Notes: generated by a model from the sequence alone, not told the origin. Positions 9,365-18,749 are shown, counted from the first letter of the stretch. The stretch is 64,000 nucleotides of DNA from Candidatus Methylomirabilota bacterium (GCA_035550795.1 DASZOL010000050.1:31809-95808), one strand, 5' to 3'. Numbers and translations are program-made.

Positions 9365-10233
9365 CAGGCCGTCCGCTCCGGGCCGGCGGCACGGCCCGCC
9401 CCGCTCCGATCGACGACGGTCTGCAGCGCGTCGGCGAGCGCGTTGAGGGAGAGGACGGAAAGCGTGATCACGATCCCCGGGAAGAGACCGTACCACGGCG
9501 CCTGGTAGAGAAAGGAGCGGCCGGCGTTGAGCATCGAACCCCAGGACGGCGCCGGGGGCTGGGTGCCGAGTCCGAGGAAGGACAGCGCGGCCTCGAGGAG
9601 CATCGCCACCGCGCCGGTGACCGCGATCTGGACCACGATCGGCGTGGCCGCGTTGAGCAGGATGGTGCGGAACATGAGGTAGGCCGGGCCGACGCCGAGG
9701 GCCCGCGTGGCCACCACGAACTCCCGCTCCTTGAGGGTGAGCGTGCTGGCGCGCGTGAGCCGCGCGAAGGAGGGCACGCTGACCGCCCCGACCGCCAGCA
9801 TGGCGTTGAACGATCCCGGGCCCAGGATGGCGATGATCACCATGGCGAGCAGGATCGCCGGCACTGCCAGGAGGAAGTCGAGGACACGCATGATCGCGGC
9901 GTCGGTGAGCCCGCCCGCGAAGCCCCCCAGGAGGCCGAGCGGCACCCCGACGGTCGCCCCGATCAGCACGGCGACCGCGCCGGTGACGAGCGATATACGG
10001 GCGCCGTGGATCACCCGGCTGAGGATGTCGCGGCCGAACTCGTCGGTGCCGAACAGGTGGCGAAGGGACGGCGACAAGAACTGGTCGGTGCGGTTCTGCG
10101 CGAGGGGATCCTGGGGGGAGATCCAGGGTGCCATGAGGGCGATCAGGGCGAGTCCGACCAGGATGCAGCAGGCGGCCAAGCCGGCGAGGTCTCGCCCACG
10201 CACTAGGGAAAAAGGAAGCATGGTCGGGAGCAA
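9364..10233 (-). CDS. ABC transporter permease, DppC/OppC-like, cassette 2
   Basis: ORF 9364..10233 (TTG), with an alternative ATG at 10221. GTDEFGRDILSRVIHGARISL is typical of DppC-type permeases. Confidence 0.88.
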   Translation of the reverse strand: MLPTMLPFSLVRGRDLAGLAACCILVGLALIALMAPWISPQDPLAQNRTDQFLSPSLRHLFGTDEFGRDILSRVIHGARISLVTGAVAVLIGATVGVPLGLLGGFAGGLTDAAIMRVLDFLLAVPAILLAMVIIAILGPGSFNAMLAVGAVSVPSFARLTRASTLTLKEREFVVATRALGVGPAYLMFRTILLNAATPIVVQIAVTGAVAMLLEAALSFLGLGTQPPAPSWGSMLNAGRSFLYQAPWYGLFPGIVITLSVLSLNALADALQTVVDRSGAGRAAGPERTA

Positions 10234-10407
10234 ATCTACAGGGGGCTGCGGGAATGCCGCAAGGCGGGGGTGGCGGACGTCGTGGATGCTCGCAGAGTCC
10301 GTCTCCGCGAGTTCCTGCTATGGCACGGATGTTGCTCAGTCCGCGTGCGGAGACTGGCCCGCGCCACCTCTGCGGCTGGCTTGCCCTGTGACACGAGAGG
10401 AGCGTTG

Positions 10408-10938
10408 ATGACCGAGACAGCGAATCACCGGAAAGTGGTCGCCCGGTATCTCGACGGGCGGCTGGTGAAGGGCTACACGTTCGACTTCGGTCCCTTGCAG
10501 CCCCGGTTCCATGTGTTCGCCGCGCCGAGCGCGAGCGGACCGTCCACGCAGGTGCTGGTCCGCGACCTGAAGGCGGTCTTCTTCGTCCGGGACTTCGACG
10601 GCGATCCAACGCGGCAGGACGGCCGGCAGCTTCCCGCCCGAGACACGCCGGCCGGAGCCCACGTCGAGGTGCGTTTCCGGGACGGTGAGGTGATGGTCGG
10701 GATGGTTGACGGCCCGACGACCGAGGTTCCGGGCTTCTTTCTGGTGCCCGCCGACTCCGGCTCGAACAACCTTCGAGCCTACGTGATCGCCGGGGCGACG
10801 CGAGCCGTGTACCCGCTCCCGGCGTTCAGCCCATCGCCGCGCCTGTCGCCGGCGGCCCAGCGGCGCGGCACGCAGACCGTCGGCGCTCCCGCCCGCCCCC
10901 TGCTTCCCGGCCGTCTCCTTTCATGGCTCACGCGGTAG
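10408..10938 (+). CDS. hypothetical protein with internally duplicated beta-rich domain
   Basis: ORF 10270..10938, trimmed to ATG 10408, which is preceded by GAGAGGAG. Two similar halves: VVARYLDGRLVKGYTFDFGPLQPRFHVF and VEVRFRDGEVMVGMVDGPTTEVPGFFLVP. I recognise no enzymatic motif. Confidence 0.5.
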   Translation: MTETANHRKVVARYLDGRLVKGYTFDFGPLQPRFHVFAAPSASGPSTQVLVRDLKAVFFVRDFDGDPTRQDGRQLPARDTPAGAHVEVRFRDGEVMVGMVDGPTTEVPGFFLVPADSGSNNLRAYVIAGATRAVYPLPAFSPSPRLSPAAQRRGTQTVGAPARPLLPGRLLSWLTR

Positions 10939-10987
10939 ACTGAGCGGCGGCCCGATCCGGGCCCACTCGATGGGACGGGGGTGACGC

Positions 10988-11743
10988 GTGTACCAGGTCT
11001 ATGCGCTGAAGTGCGGGGAGCGGGACACCACGGCGTGCGAGTTCTTCTACCGGGAGCCGTCCCACGAGCGGATCACGCTCCACTTCTTCATCTGGCTGAT
11101 CCTCGGCGGGCCGCATCCTGTCCTCGTGGACACCGGGTTCGGGGAGGACGATGCGGCGGCGCGGGGGCTGCGCGGGTACGTGAGCCCGGCGTCGATGGTG
11201 GCGCGGCTCGGCGTTCGGGCGGAGGAGATTCCCGTTTCGCTGATCACCCATCTTCACTGGGATCACTGGGCCGGGTACAAGCACTTCCCGGGCGCCGAGT
11301 TCTGGATCCAGCGGGACGAGGTCGCGTTCTGGACCGGGGTCGTCGCGCGCTACGACGCGTACCGGATGTCGGCCAGCCCCGGGGCCCTGGCCGACCTGGT
11401 CCGGCTCAACTATGCGAACCGCGTTCGCCTGGTCGAGGGCGAGCGGGAGGTGCTGCCCGGTCTTCGCGTGCACCGGGTGGGAGGCCACACGGCCGGCCTC
11501 CAGATCGTGTCGGTGGAGACCGCCAGGGGGCGCGTCGTCCTGACGTCGGATGCGTCGCACTTCTATCGGAACGTGGAGCGCTACCAGCCCGTCCAGATCA
11601 TCACGAACCTGCCGGAGATGCTCGCCGGCTTCGAGACGATCCATGGGCTGGCGGGCTCGCGGGACCGCATCGTGGCGGGCCACGACCCGGAGGTCGCGAC
11701 CCGCTTCGAGGCCCTCGAGCCGGGCATCATTCGTATCGCCTGA
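10988..11743 (+). CDS. MBL-fold metallo-hydrolase (N-acyl-homoserine-lactonase-like)
   Basis: ORF 10988..11743 (GTG start). It carries the HxHxDH motif as THLHWDHWAG and a later GGHTAG segment. The stop TGA (11741-11743) lies inside the first unit of the tandem repeat. Confidence 0.8.
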   Translation: MYQVYALKCGERDTTACEFFYREPSHERITLHFFIWLILGGPHPVLVDTGFGEDDAAARGLRGYVSPASMVARLGVRAEEIPVSLITHLHWDHWAGYKHFPGAEFWIQRDEVAFWTGVVARYDAYRMSASPGALADLVRLNYANRVRLVEGEREVLPGLRVHRVGGHTAGLQIVSVETARGRVVLTSDASHFYRNVERYQPVQIITNLPEMLAGFETIHGLAGSRDRIVAGHDPEVATRFEALEPGIIRIA

Positions 11744-11799
11744 CGGCGTGGGCGTATCGCCTGACGGCGTGGGCGTGTCGCCTGACGGCGTGGGCGTAT
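11733..11799. repeat. 21-bp tandem repeat, about 3.2 copies
   Basis: GTATCGCCTGACGGCGTGGGC at 11733-11753 and 11754-11774, GTgTCGCCTGACGGCGTGGGC at 11775-11795, then GTAT. Read directly. It fills most of the 86-bp spacer between convergent genes. Confidence 0.95.
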
Positions 11800-11829
11800 G
11801 TGGGGGCCTCACCGGGCCGGAGCCCGGGG

Positions 11830-13143
11830 CTACCGGAGGCGTGGCGGGGGGGCGCCGGTGATCAGGCGCGCCCCGCGCCGGAACGTGACGTAGGAGTACG
11901 CCCACTGGAAGATCACGAGCGCCCGGTTGCGGAAGCCGATCAGGAACGCGATGTGGATCGCCAGCCATGCGATCCAGGCCGGGAATCCCCAGAGCTTGAT
12001 TCCCCCTGCGAGCTCGCCCACCGCCTTGCCGCGGCCGATCGTGGCGAAGCTGCCCTTGTCGCGGTAGCGGAACGCCCGCCGAGGCCGGCCGGCGATGGTC
12101 GCCCGGATGCTGCGTCCCACGTGGCGGCCCATCTGGATGGCCGCGGGGGCCACACCCGGCACGAGCGCGCCATCCTGCTCGACGGCCGCCAGGTCGCCGA
12201 TCACGTAGACGTCGTCGTGACCGGGGATCGTGAGGTCCGGGTTCACGCGCACCCGGCCGGCGCGATCGAGCGGGACGCCGAGGGTCCGGGAGATCGACGA
12301 CGCGGCCACCCCGGCGGCCCAGACGACGGTCCGCGCGAGGATCCGCTCCTGGCCGAGATGGACGCCGGACGCGTCGATCCCGGTCACGCGCGCGCTCGTC
12401 CAGACCTCGACGCCCAGCCGCTCGAGCTGCTTCTGGGCCCTGGCAGAGAGGTCCTCGGCATAGGGCGGGAGCACGCGCGGCACTCCCTCGATCAGGAGGA
12501 TGCGCGCGTGGCTGGGATCGATGTGCTGGAACTCCCGCGAGAGCGCCTGGCGCGAGATCTCGGCCAGGGCGCCGGCCATCTCGACCCCCGTGGGCCCGCC
12601 GCCGATGATGACGAACGTCATCCACTCCCGGCGGCGCTCGGGATCGCCCTCACGCTCGGCCATCTCGTAGGCCAGGAGCACGCGCCGCCGGATGTCGAGC
12701 GCATCCTCGATGCTCTTGAGGCCCGGCGCGAAAGACGCCCACTCGTCGTGGCCGAAGTAGGAGTGGGTGGCGCCGGTCGCGAGCACGAGGTAGTCGTACG
12801 CGAGCTCCCCGTCGGAGAGCGTGAGCTTCTTCGCCGCGACGTCGACCGCCACGGCCTCGGCAAGCACGACCGAGACGTTCGCCCACCCCCGGAACACGCT
12901 CCGGATCGGCGCCGCGATGTCGGCGGGGTTCAACGCTGCGGTGGCCACCTGATAGAGCAGCGGCTGGAAGAGATGATGGTTTCGCCGGTCCACGATGGTG
13001 ACGTGGACGGCGGCGTCTCCGATCGCGCGGGTGGCGTAGAGACCGCCGAAGCCGCCTCCCACGATCACGACCTCGGGGCGCGCCCTGCTCACGGTCTCGA
13101 TCCGGCGCCGCGGCGCTCGGCCGCCAGCGCGCGGCGCGGGCAT
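11830..13143 (-). CDS. type II NADH dehydrogenase (NDH-2) / FAD-dependent pyridine nucleotide-disulfide oxidoreductase
   Basis: ORF 11830..13143. It has VVIVGGGFGGLYATR (FAD) and VIIGGGPTGVEMAG (NAD) dinucleotide motifs, plus HHLFQPLLYQVATA, which is typical of NDH-2. Confidence 0.85.
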   Translation of the reverse strand: MPAPRAGGRAPRRRIETVSRARPEVVIVGGGFGGLYATRAIGDAAVHVTIVDRRNHHLFQPLLYQVATAALNPADIAAPIRSVFRGWANVSVVLAEAVAVDVAAKKLTLSDGELAYDYLVLATGATHSYFGHDEWASFAPGLKSIEDALDIRRRVLLAYEMAEREGDPERRREWMTFVIIGGGPTGVEMAGALAEISRQALSREFQHIDPSHARILLIEGVPRVLPPYAEDLSARAQKQLERLGVEVWTSARVTGIDASGVHLGQERILARTVVWAAGVAASSISRTLGVPLDRAGRVRVNPDLTIPGHDDVYVIGDLAAVEQDGALVPGVAPAAIQMGRHVGRSIRATIAGRPRRAFRYRDKGSFATIGRGKAVGELAGGIKLWGFPAWIAWLAIHIAFLIGFRNRALVIFQWAYSYVTFRRGARLITGAPPPRLR

Positions 13144-13216
13144 CCCCGGACTGTCCGCGCGTCGACCGCTGGCGCCGTGGGCCCACCCTCTCCGCCCGGA
13201 TCGTCCGGGCCGGTGA

Positions 13217-14851
13217 CTACCGGTCGAGCCGCTTCGGCGTGCGGCGCGTGCTGAAGAAGCGTGGACGGGGCATCCGCCCCACCGGCACCTCGATCAGCAC
13301 GGGGCGATCCAGGGCGATCCCCTCCCGGACGAGGTCCCCGACCTCCGCCGGCTCCTTCGCGCGGAAGCCAGCGATGCCGTACGCCTCGGCGAGCCGCACG
13401 AAGTCGGGATTCGCGAGGTCGGCGCCCACGCTGCCGCCCCACGCTTCGTCGAGGTCGCGGGCGACGTTTCCGTAGGAATCGTCGTTGAAGACGACCACCA
13501 CCACCGCGATCCCGTACCGGAGTGCGGTCGAGAGCTCCTGGCTGTTGAACAGGAAGCCGCCGTCCCCGCTCACGACCACCACCGGGCGGTCCGGGCGGGC
13601 GACCTTGGCGCCGAGCGCCGTGGGGAACGCGTAGCCCAGGTTGCCCGAGTACGAGGACGTGAGGTAGGTCCGGGGCTCGTAGACGGGCCAGAACGGGCGG
13701 GAGTGGTACCCGATCTGCGTCATGTCCCCGACCAGGATGGCGTCGGGCGGCGTTCCGGCCCGGAGGCTTCGCTGGATCGAGGCCTGGGGCTCCTGGTCGT
13801 CGGCCGCAGCCGACGCCGCCCGAACGGCATCCCGCTCCGCGCGGCGCGACGGGCGCGGCGGGCCGGCCGCGCGCAGGCGCTCGGCCAGGCGCTCCAGCGT
13901 CGCCCGGGCGTCTCCGACCAGGCCGAGCGTGCGTGCGTGGTTGCGGCCGACCTCGTCCGGGTCCGCGTCGACCTGGATCACCAGCTGGGCCGGCTGAAGG
14001 GCCGCCGTCGCCAAGCGCGTTCCCACCGCCAGGACGACGTCCGCGCGGTCGAGGTGCAAGCGGAGCGGCGACGCGGGCCAGAGGGCGGCCCCCAGGGAGA
14101 GGTCGCTCGCGTCGCTCAGCGCGCCCTTGCCCTCGGCGGTCATGATGACGCCGGCCTGGAGGTGCTCGGCCACGGCGCGGAGCGCGTCGTGCGCGCCCGA
14201 CAGGTTGACCCCGCCGCCGGCCATGATCACCGGGTCGCGTGCCGCGTGGAGGAGCTCCGCCGCCCGCGCGAGCTCCGCGGCCGCGGTCGCCGGGCGATCG
14301 GGCGGGGCCGGATCGAGCAGGGTCACGTCACCCTCGTCCTCCAGCGTTTCGGGCGGGACGTCGACGACGACCGGGCGCGGTCGCCCGCTTCGAAGCTGGC
14401 GCCCGGCCTCGCGGATCGCGGCCGGGATCTCCGCGATCTCCAGCACCCGCGTCCGCCACTTCGTGACCGGCGCGATGGCGTCCAGCTGGTCGTTCACCTC
14501 GTGGAGGAGGCCGATGTTCCGGCCGATCTTGCTCTTGGGGATCTGTCCCGCGATCAGGAGGACGGGCGACGACGCCGAGTACGCGGTGGAAAGGCCTGCG
14601 GAGGCGTTGAGGAGGCCCGGCCCCGGCACCACGAGGGCGACGCCGAAGTCACCGCCGCCGGCTCGCGCGTAGCCGTCGGCCATGTACGTCGTGGCCTGCT
14701 CGTGCCGGGTGGCGATCAAGCGCATGCGCGGCTCGTCGCGGAGGGCGGCCATGGCGCCGTAGAGCTGGACCCCGGGGAGCCCGAAGATCACGCCGACGCC
14801 CTCGCGGCGGAGCGAGGCCACCAGGGCCTGCCCGCCAGTCATTCGCGCCAT
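13217..14851 (-). CDS. thiamine-pyrophosphate-dependent enzyme (acetolactate-synthase-like)
   Basis: ORF 13217..14851, 544 aa. N-terminal MTGGQALVASLRREGVGVIFGLPG and the TPP-binding motif GDGGFLFNSQELST...NDDSYG. Confidence 0.85.
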   Translation of the reverse strand: MARMTGGQALVASLRREGVGVIFGLPGVQLYGAMAALRDEPRMRLIATRHEQATTYMADGYARAGGGDFGVALVVPGPGLLNASAGLSTAYSASSPVLLIAGQIPKSKIGRNIGLLHEVNDQLDAIAPVTKWRTRVLEIAEIPAAIREAGRQLRSGRPRPVVVDVPPETLEDEGDVTLLDPAPPDRPATAAAELARAAELLHAARDPVIMAGGGVNLSGAHDALRAVAEHLQAGVIMTAEGKGALSDASDLSLGAALWPASPLRLHLDRADVVLAVGTRLATAALQPAQLVIQVDADPDEVGRNHARTLGLVGDARATLERLAERLRAAGPPRPSRRAERDAVRAASAAADDQEPQASIQRSLRAGTPPDAILVGDMTQIGYHSRPFWPVYEPRTYLTSSYSGNLGYAFPTALGAKVARPDRPVVVVSGDGGFLFNSQELSTALRYGIAVVVVVFNDDSYGNVARDLDEAWGGSVGADLANPDFVRLAEAYGIAGFRAKEPAEVGDLVREGIALDRPVLIEVPVGRMPRPRFFSTRRTPKRLDR

Positions 14852-14879
14852 CAGCCGTCTCCCTCCGGCGCGCGACGTG

Positions 14880-15866
14880 TCACGCCGGGACCGCCTCGAG
14901 GACCGGGGCGTCGCCGCGCTCCGACCGCGTCCAGTATCGCTGGAAGATCTCCCAGACCTCGTCCGCCGCCCGGGCCGCGAAGAGGGCGGCGCGACACTCG
15001 CACGCCCGGCCCAGGCCCTCGGTGTACCAGGCGAGGTGCTTCTTGAGCTGGACCAGGGTGTGCCTCTCGGAGCAGTGCTCCTTGATCAGGGTGACGTGGC
15101 GCGCGATGACGCGCTCCCGGTACGCCCGCCGGGCCGCCGGCAGGAGCGCCTCGTAGGCCGGGTCGAACACCCACGGCCGCCCGAGGGCGCCGCGCCCGAT
15201 CATGACGGACCGGCAGCCGGTCTCCGCGATCATGCGCCGCGCGTCGGCCATCGAGCGGACGTCGCCGTTGCCGGTTACCGGGATGCGGACCGCGTCGACG
15301 ACCTCGGCGATGATGGTCCACGGGGCCTTTCCGGTGAACTGCTGGGACCGGGTTCGCGGGTGGACGGTGATCCCGTCGACCCCCTCGGTCTCGGCCATCC
15401 GGGCGACCTCGACGGCGTTGAGATGCGCGTCATCCCAGCCGCCGCGAATCTTGATCGTCAGGGGCACCCGGACTGCCCGCCGCATGGCGCGGAGGATCTC
15501 CGCGGCCGCTGGGACGTCCCGCATGAGCGCCGCGCCCTTGCCCTTGCCGGTGATCTTCTGGACCGGGCAACCCATGTTCAGGTCCACCACGTCGGCCCCC
15601 AGGCTCTCGCAGCGCTCGGCGGCGGCGGCGAGGGCTTCCGGGCTCTTCCCGAGGAGCTGCATCGCGAGGGGCCGCTCGGCCGGGTAGTACGCGGACGCGG
15701 TGGCGGCGTGGGGGGTCTCGAAGAGAAGCGAGGCCGCGTCCATCTCCTCGGTGGTGGTGAGACCGCTCCCGCACTCGCGCGCCACGAGACGGAAGGGCGC
15801 GTTGGTCGCGCCGGCCATGGGGGCCAGCCGCGCCAGCCCCCAGACGTCCACGTCGCCGATTTTCAT
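14880..15866 (-). CDS. tRNA-dihydrouridine synthase
   Basis: ORF 14880..16130, trimmed to ATG 15866 (MKIGDVDVWGLARLAPMAGATNAPFRLVARECG). Also DLNMGCPVQKI and a TIM-barrel Dus pattern. Confidence 0.85.
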   Translation of the reverse strand: MKIGDVDVWGLARLAPMAGATNAPFRLVARECGSGLTTTEEMDAASLLFETPHAATASAYYPAERPLAMQLLGKSPEALAAAAERCESLGADVVDLNMGCPVQKITGKGKGAALMRDVPAAAEILRAMRRAVRVPLTIKIRGGWDDAHLNAVEVARMAETEGVDGITVHPRTRSQQFTGKAPWTIIAEVVDAVRIPVTGNGDVRSMADARRMIAETGCRSVMIGRGALGRPWVFDPAYEALLPAARRAYRERVIARHVTLIKEHCSERHTLVQLKKHLAWYTEGLGRACECRAALFAARAADEVWEIFQRYWTRSERGDAPVLEAVPA

Positions 15867-15919
15867 CCTCACGATTCTCTCGGAGGACGGCGGCCGGCGC
15901 AAGCGGCCGCGCGCCTTCG

Positions 15920-17473
15920 TCAGCGGCAGCGGCCCGCCCCCTCGGGGTAGAGGATGTAGTGGACGCGGCGGACGCGCCGCGGGTCGAAGCGAAGAGGCGC
16001 CTCGATCACGCCGGGGCGGTCCGAGCCCGTGAGCGGCACGTCCAGCGCCGCGGCCAGCGCCTGGACATCCTCGGGCACCTCGGTCACGCCGTGGCTGTCC
16101 CGGCCATGGCGATCCCAGACGAGGAGACACTGGCCGCCGCCCGTGGCGGGCGGCTGGAACTCCGGGTATTCCGTGTGCAGCACGCGCGAGTCCGGGAATC
16201 GGACGGCGAGGTTCCCGGCGAGCGAGCCGAATCCCGCGACGATCGTGCCGCGCGCGAAGCCGGCGTCGGCAAGCCCGGACGCGATCGCGTCGTACGGCTC
16301 ATTCATCCGGTACGGCCGGTGGAACAGGCTCGCGCCCACCACGCGAACGGACAGGCCGCCGACGATGACGATCTCGGCGAGGGCCAGCAAGACTGCGAAC
16401 GCCGTCATGCGCGCGCTCGGGACGCCGTGCCGCTCGAAGCGCCAGAGTCCGTAGAGCGGCGCCAGGAAGAACGCCGGGATGAGCCAGCGAGCCTTCAGGA
16501 AGCCCAGGCCGCCGGCGAGCGCGGCTGTCGTGAGCAGGGCGAGCATCCAGAGGAGGAGCCATCCGAGGAGCCGGCCACCGGCCGGGCCCGCGTCCCCCGT
16601 CGGGAGACGGCGGTACGCCGACGGGAAGCACGCGGCCAGGGCGATCCCCACTGGCGCCAGGTAGTAGGTGGCGACGCGGGCGATGTAGAGGAGGCCCGCG
16701 CCGGCTTCGCCCGGCCACTCGTTATCCTCGATCCGGACCTCGCGCGCGTAGAGGCGGCCGAGGTCGTGGTCCTGGCCCAGGAGCCAGAGCGCGAAGGGGA
16801 GGACCAGCGCCGTCGCGGCCAGCCCGGTGACCAGGATCCCGCGATTGAGCAGGCGCGCCCGATAGCGACCCACGGTCAGCGCGGCCAGGCCGAGCCCGGC
16901 GAGGAAGAGGACGTACGTGAACTTCGACAGGAGGCCGAGCCCGACGGCGAGCCCCAGCACCGCATACGCCCGCCCGCCGGGGGCCTCCCCGACCCGGATC
17001 AGAGCGTAGACCGTGCCGGCGCAGGCGGCGAGGACGGTGACGCTGTGGGTCAGCGCCTCGTGAACCGTCCAGCTGATCGGCACCATCAGGAGGAACGAGA
17101 AGGTGCCGAGCGTCGCGAGCCGCGGGTCGACCAGGATTCGCCGCGCGGTCAGGTACAAAAGCCAGAAGGCGAGCACGAGCACCGCGTACTTGAGGACGGT
17201 CAGCGCGACGAGCCCAGGACCAAGCAGACGGAAGGCACTCCAGACCAGCCAGTTGTAGAGAGGCGGCTGGCGCGCCTGATACCCCCACTGGAGGCTCTGG
17301 GCGAGCACCGACTCACGCGCGTCGTCCGCCGTGAGAACCGGCGAGAGCGCGAGCCGGAGCAGCGCGTGGAAGCCTGCCCACGCGAGCAGCAGCGCCAGCG
17401 TTCCGCGGGGATGCGCGACGCACGCCCACCGCGCGCCGTCCGGCGCGGCGGGAACCGTGAGCCGCGTCGTCAC
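15920..17473 (-). CDS. polytopic glycosyltransferase, GT39/ArnT-like
   Basis: ORF 15920..17473, 517 aa, with about 10 or more hydrophobic segments. The N-terminal loop TADDARESVLAQSLQWGYQARQPPLYNWL resembles the ArnT/PMT family. Confidence 0.65.
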   Translation of the reverse strand: MTTRLTVPAAPDGARWACVAHPRGTLALLLAWAGFHALLRLALSPVLTADDARESVLAQSLQWGYQARQPPLYNWLVWSAFRLLGPGLVALTVLKYAVLVLAFWLLYLTARRILVDPRLATLGTFSFLLMVPISWTVHEALTHSVTVLAACAGTVYALIRVGEAPGGRAYAVLGLAVGLGLLSKFTYVLFLAGLGLAALTVGRYRARLLNRGILVTGLAATALVLPFALWLLGQDHDLGRLYAREVRIEDNEWPGEAGAGLLYIARVATYYLAPVGIALAACFPSAYRRLPTGDAGPAGGRLLGWLLLWMLALLTTAALAGGLGFLKARWLIPAFFLAPLYGLWRFERHGVPSARMTAFAVLLALAEIVIVGGLSVRVVGASLFHRPYRMNEPYDAIASGLADAGFARGTIVAGFGSLAGNLAVRFPDSRVLHTEYPEFQPPATGGGQCLLVWDRHGRDSHGVTEVPEDVQALAAALDVPLTGSDRPGVIEAPLRFDPRRVRRVHYILYPEGAGRCR

Positions 17474-17534
17474 GGCGAGAGCCTATGCGATGCGTCCGCA
17501 CGGCACAAGCGCCGGCGGGCTCCTGGCCAGGCTC

Positions 17535-18749
17535 TCAGCCGGCCCGGCGCCGGGCCGCCGCGCTGGCTGCGAGGAGCCGGACTGCGACCGGGACCAGGAC
17601 GACGAACGCCAGCGCCGCGTTGATACCCGTGGCGAGCGGGGCGCCGATGCCGCTGGCGAGAAACCCGATCCAGAGGCTTCCGAAGGGCTGCGTGCCGATG
17701 CAGGCCGAGAGGATGCCCATGACGCGCCCGTGCGCCCGCTCCGGCGCGGCCAGCAGAACGATCGCGCTCTGCATGGTGCCGAAACCTGAGTCGGTGGCTC
17801 CGATGGCGAGCTGGAGCGTGAGGGAGAGGGCATACGAGGGTGACCACGCGAAGGCGAGTAGCAGCAGCGCGCCGGCCAGGGAGCTGCCGGTGAAGATCCG
17901 CACGTGGCTCACCCGACCGCCGCGAGCGGCGATGACCGCCGAGGCGGCGAGCGCGCCGAGCCCCTGCGCGGCGACGAGGAGGCCGAGCGGGGCGGGGCCC
18001 ACGTGGAGGACGTCGCGGGCGAATACCGGAAGCATCTGCTGGTAGGGAAAGACCAGGGTGTTCATGAGCACCGTGACGGCCAGCACGCCCAGGATGACCG
18101 GATGGCCGCGGACCTCGCGGAGCCCCGTGAGGAGACTGTCCAGCACCGGCTCCCCGCCCAGGACGCCGGGCAGAGCGACCCGACGCGCGAGCTGGCGCGT
18201 GGCGGCGAGGGCGCCGAGCGAGAGGCCCGCGAAGGCGAGGTAGCAGGCCGCCGGCCCGAGCCGGGCGAGCAGGAAGCCTCCCAGGAGGGGACCAACCATC
18301 TTGGCCGCCTGCATCGACATGGTCTCGAGGGAGACCGCGGCCGTCAGTCGCTCACGGCCCGCGACGACGAACAGGACGGTGCGGCGCGACGGGAAGTCCA
18401 GCACCCAGGCGACCCCGAGGATGACCTCGATCGCGACGAGAACGCCGAATCCGGCGACGCCCGCGCCGAACAGAAGGGCGAGCGCCGCCGCCGCGGTGAC
18501 GTTCAGGACCTGGACGGCGACCATCACGCGCACCCGCGGGAGCCGGTCGGCGAGGACGCCCGCGAACGGACCGAGGACCATCATGGGGGCGGCGCGGCAG
18601 AAGGCGGCCACGCCCACCATCAGCGGCGAGTCGGTGAGGGCCAGGGCCAGCCAGCCGAGGACCACCACATCCATCCACCGCGCGGTGCTGGCGCAGAGGC
18701 CCGTCAACCAGAGGAGCCGGTAGCGCCCGTCCCGCAGCGGCTCGAGCAC
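17535..18749 (-). CDS. MFS transporter
   Basis: ORF 17535..18749, 404 aa, about 12 TM segments. N-terminus RYRLLWLTGLCASTARWMDVVVLGWLAL is typical of ENTS-like MFS proteins. Confidence 0.85.
   Translation of the reverse strand: MLEPLRDGRYRLLWLTGLCASTARWMDVVVLGWLALALTDSPLMVGVAAFCRAAPMMVLGPFAGVLADRLPRVRVMVAVQVLNVTAAAALALLFGAGVAGFGVLVAIEVILGVAWVLDFPSRRTVLFVVAGRERLTAAVSLETMSMQAAKMVGPLLGGFLLARLGPAACYLAFAGLSLGALAATRQLARRVALPGVLGGEPVLDSLLTGLREVRGHPVILGVLAVTVLMNTLVFPYQQMLPVFARDVLHVGPAPLGLLVAAQGLGALAASAVIAARGGRVSHVRIFTGSSLAGALLLLAFAWSPSYALSLTLQLAIGATDSGFGTMQSAIVLLAAPERAHGRVMGILSACIGTQPFGSLWIGFLASGIGAPLATGINAALAFVVLVPVAVRLLAASAAARRRAG

Noticed and set aside
11733-11799. Tandem repeat considered as a CRISPR array, or as a site of TGA recoding/selenocysteine because TGA recurs in frame
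   Set aside because: The units are contiguous with no spacers, there are only three copies, and there are no cas genes. The downstream read-through peptide (RRGRIA...) is meaningless, and I see no SECIS-like hairpin or sel genes.
10928-13254. Long ORFs 10928..12625 (-) and 10981..13254 (+), including the PTPSGDT x3 and SPDGVGV x3 peptide repeats
   Set aside because: They overlap the MBL and NDH-2 genes in other frames or strands and have non-protein-like composition. The peptide repeats are just translations of the 21-bp DNA tandem repeat, which lies in an intergenic spacer.
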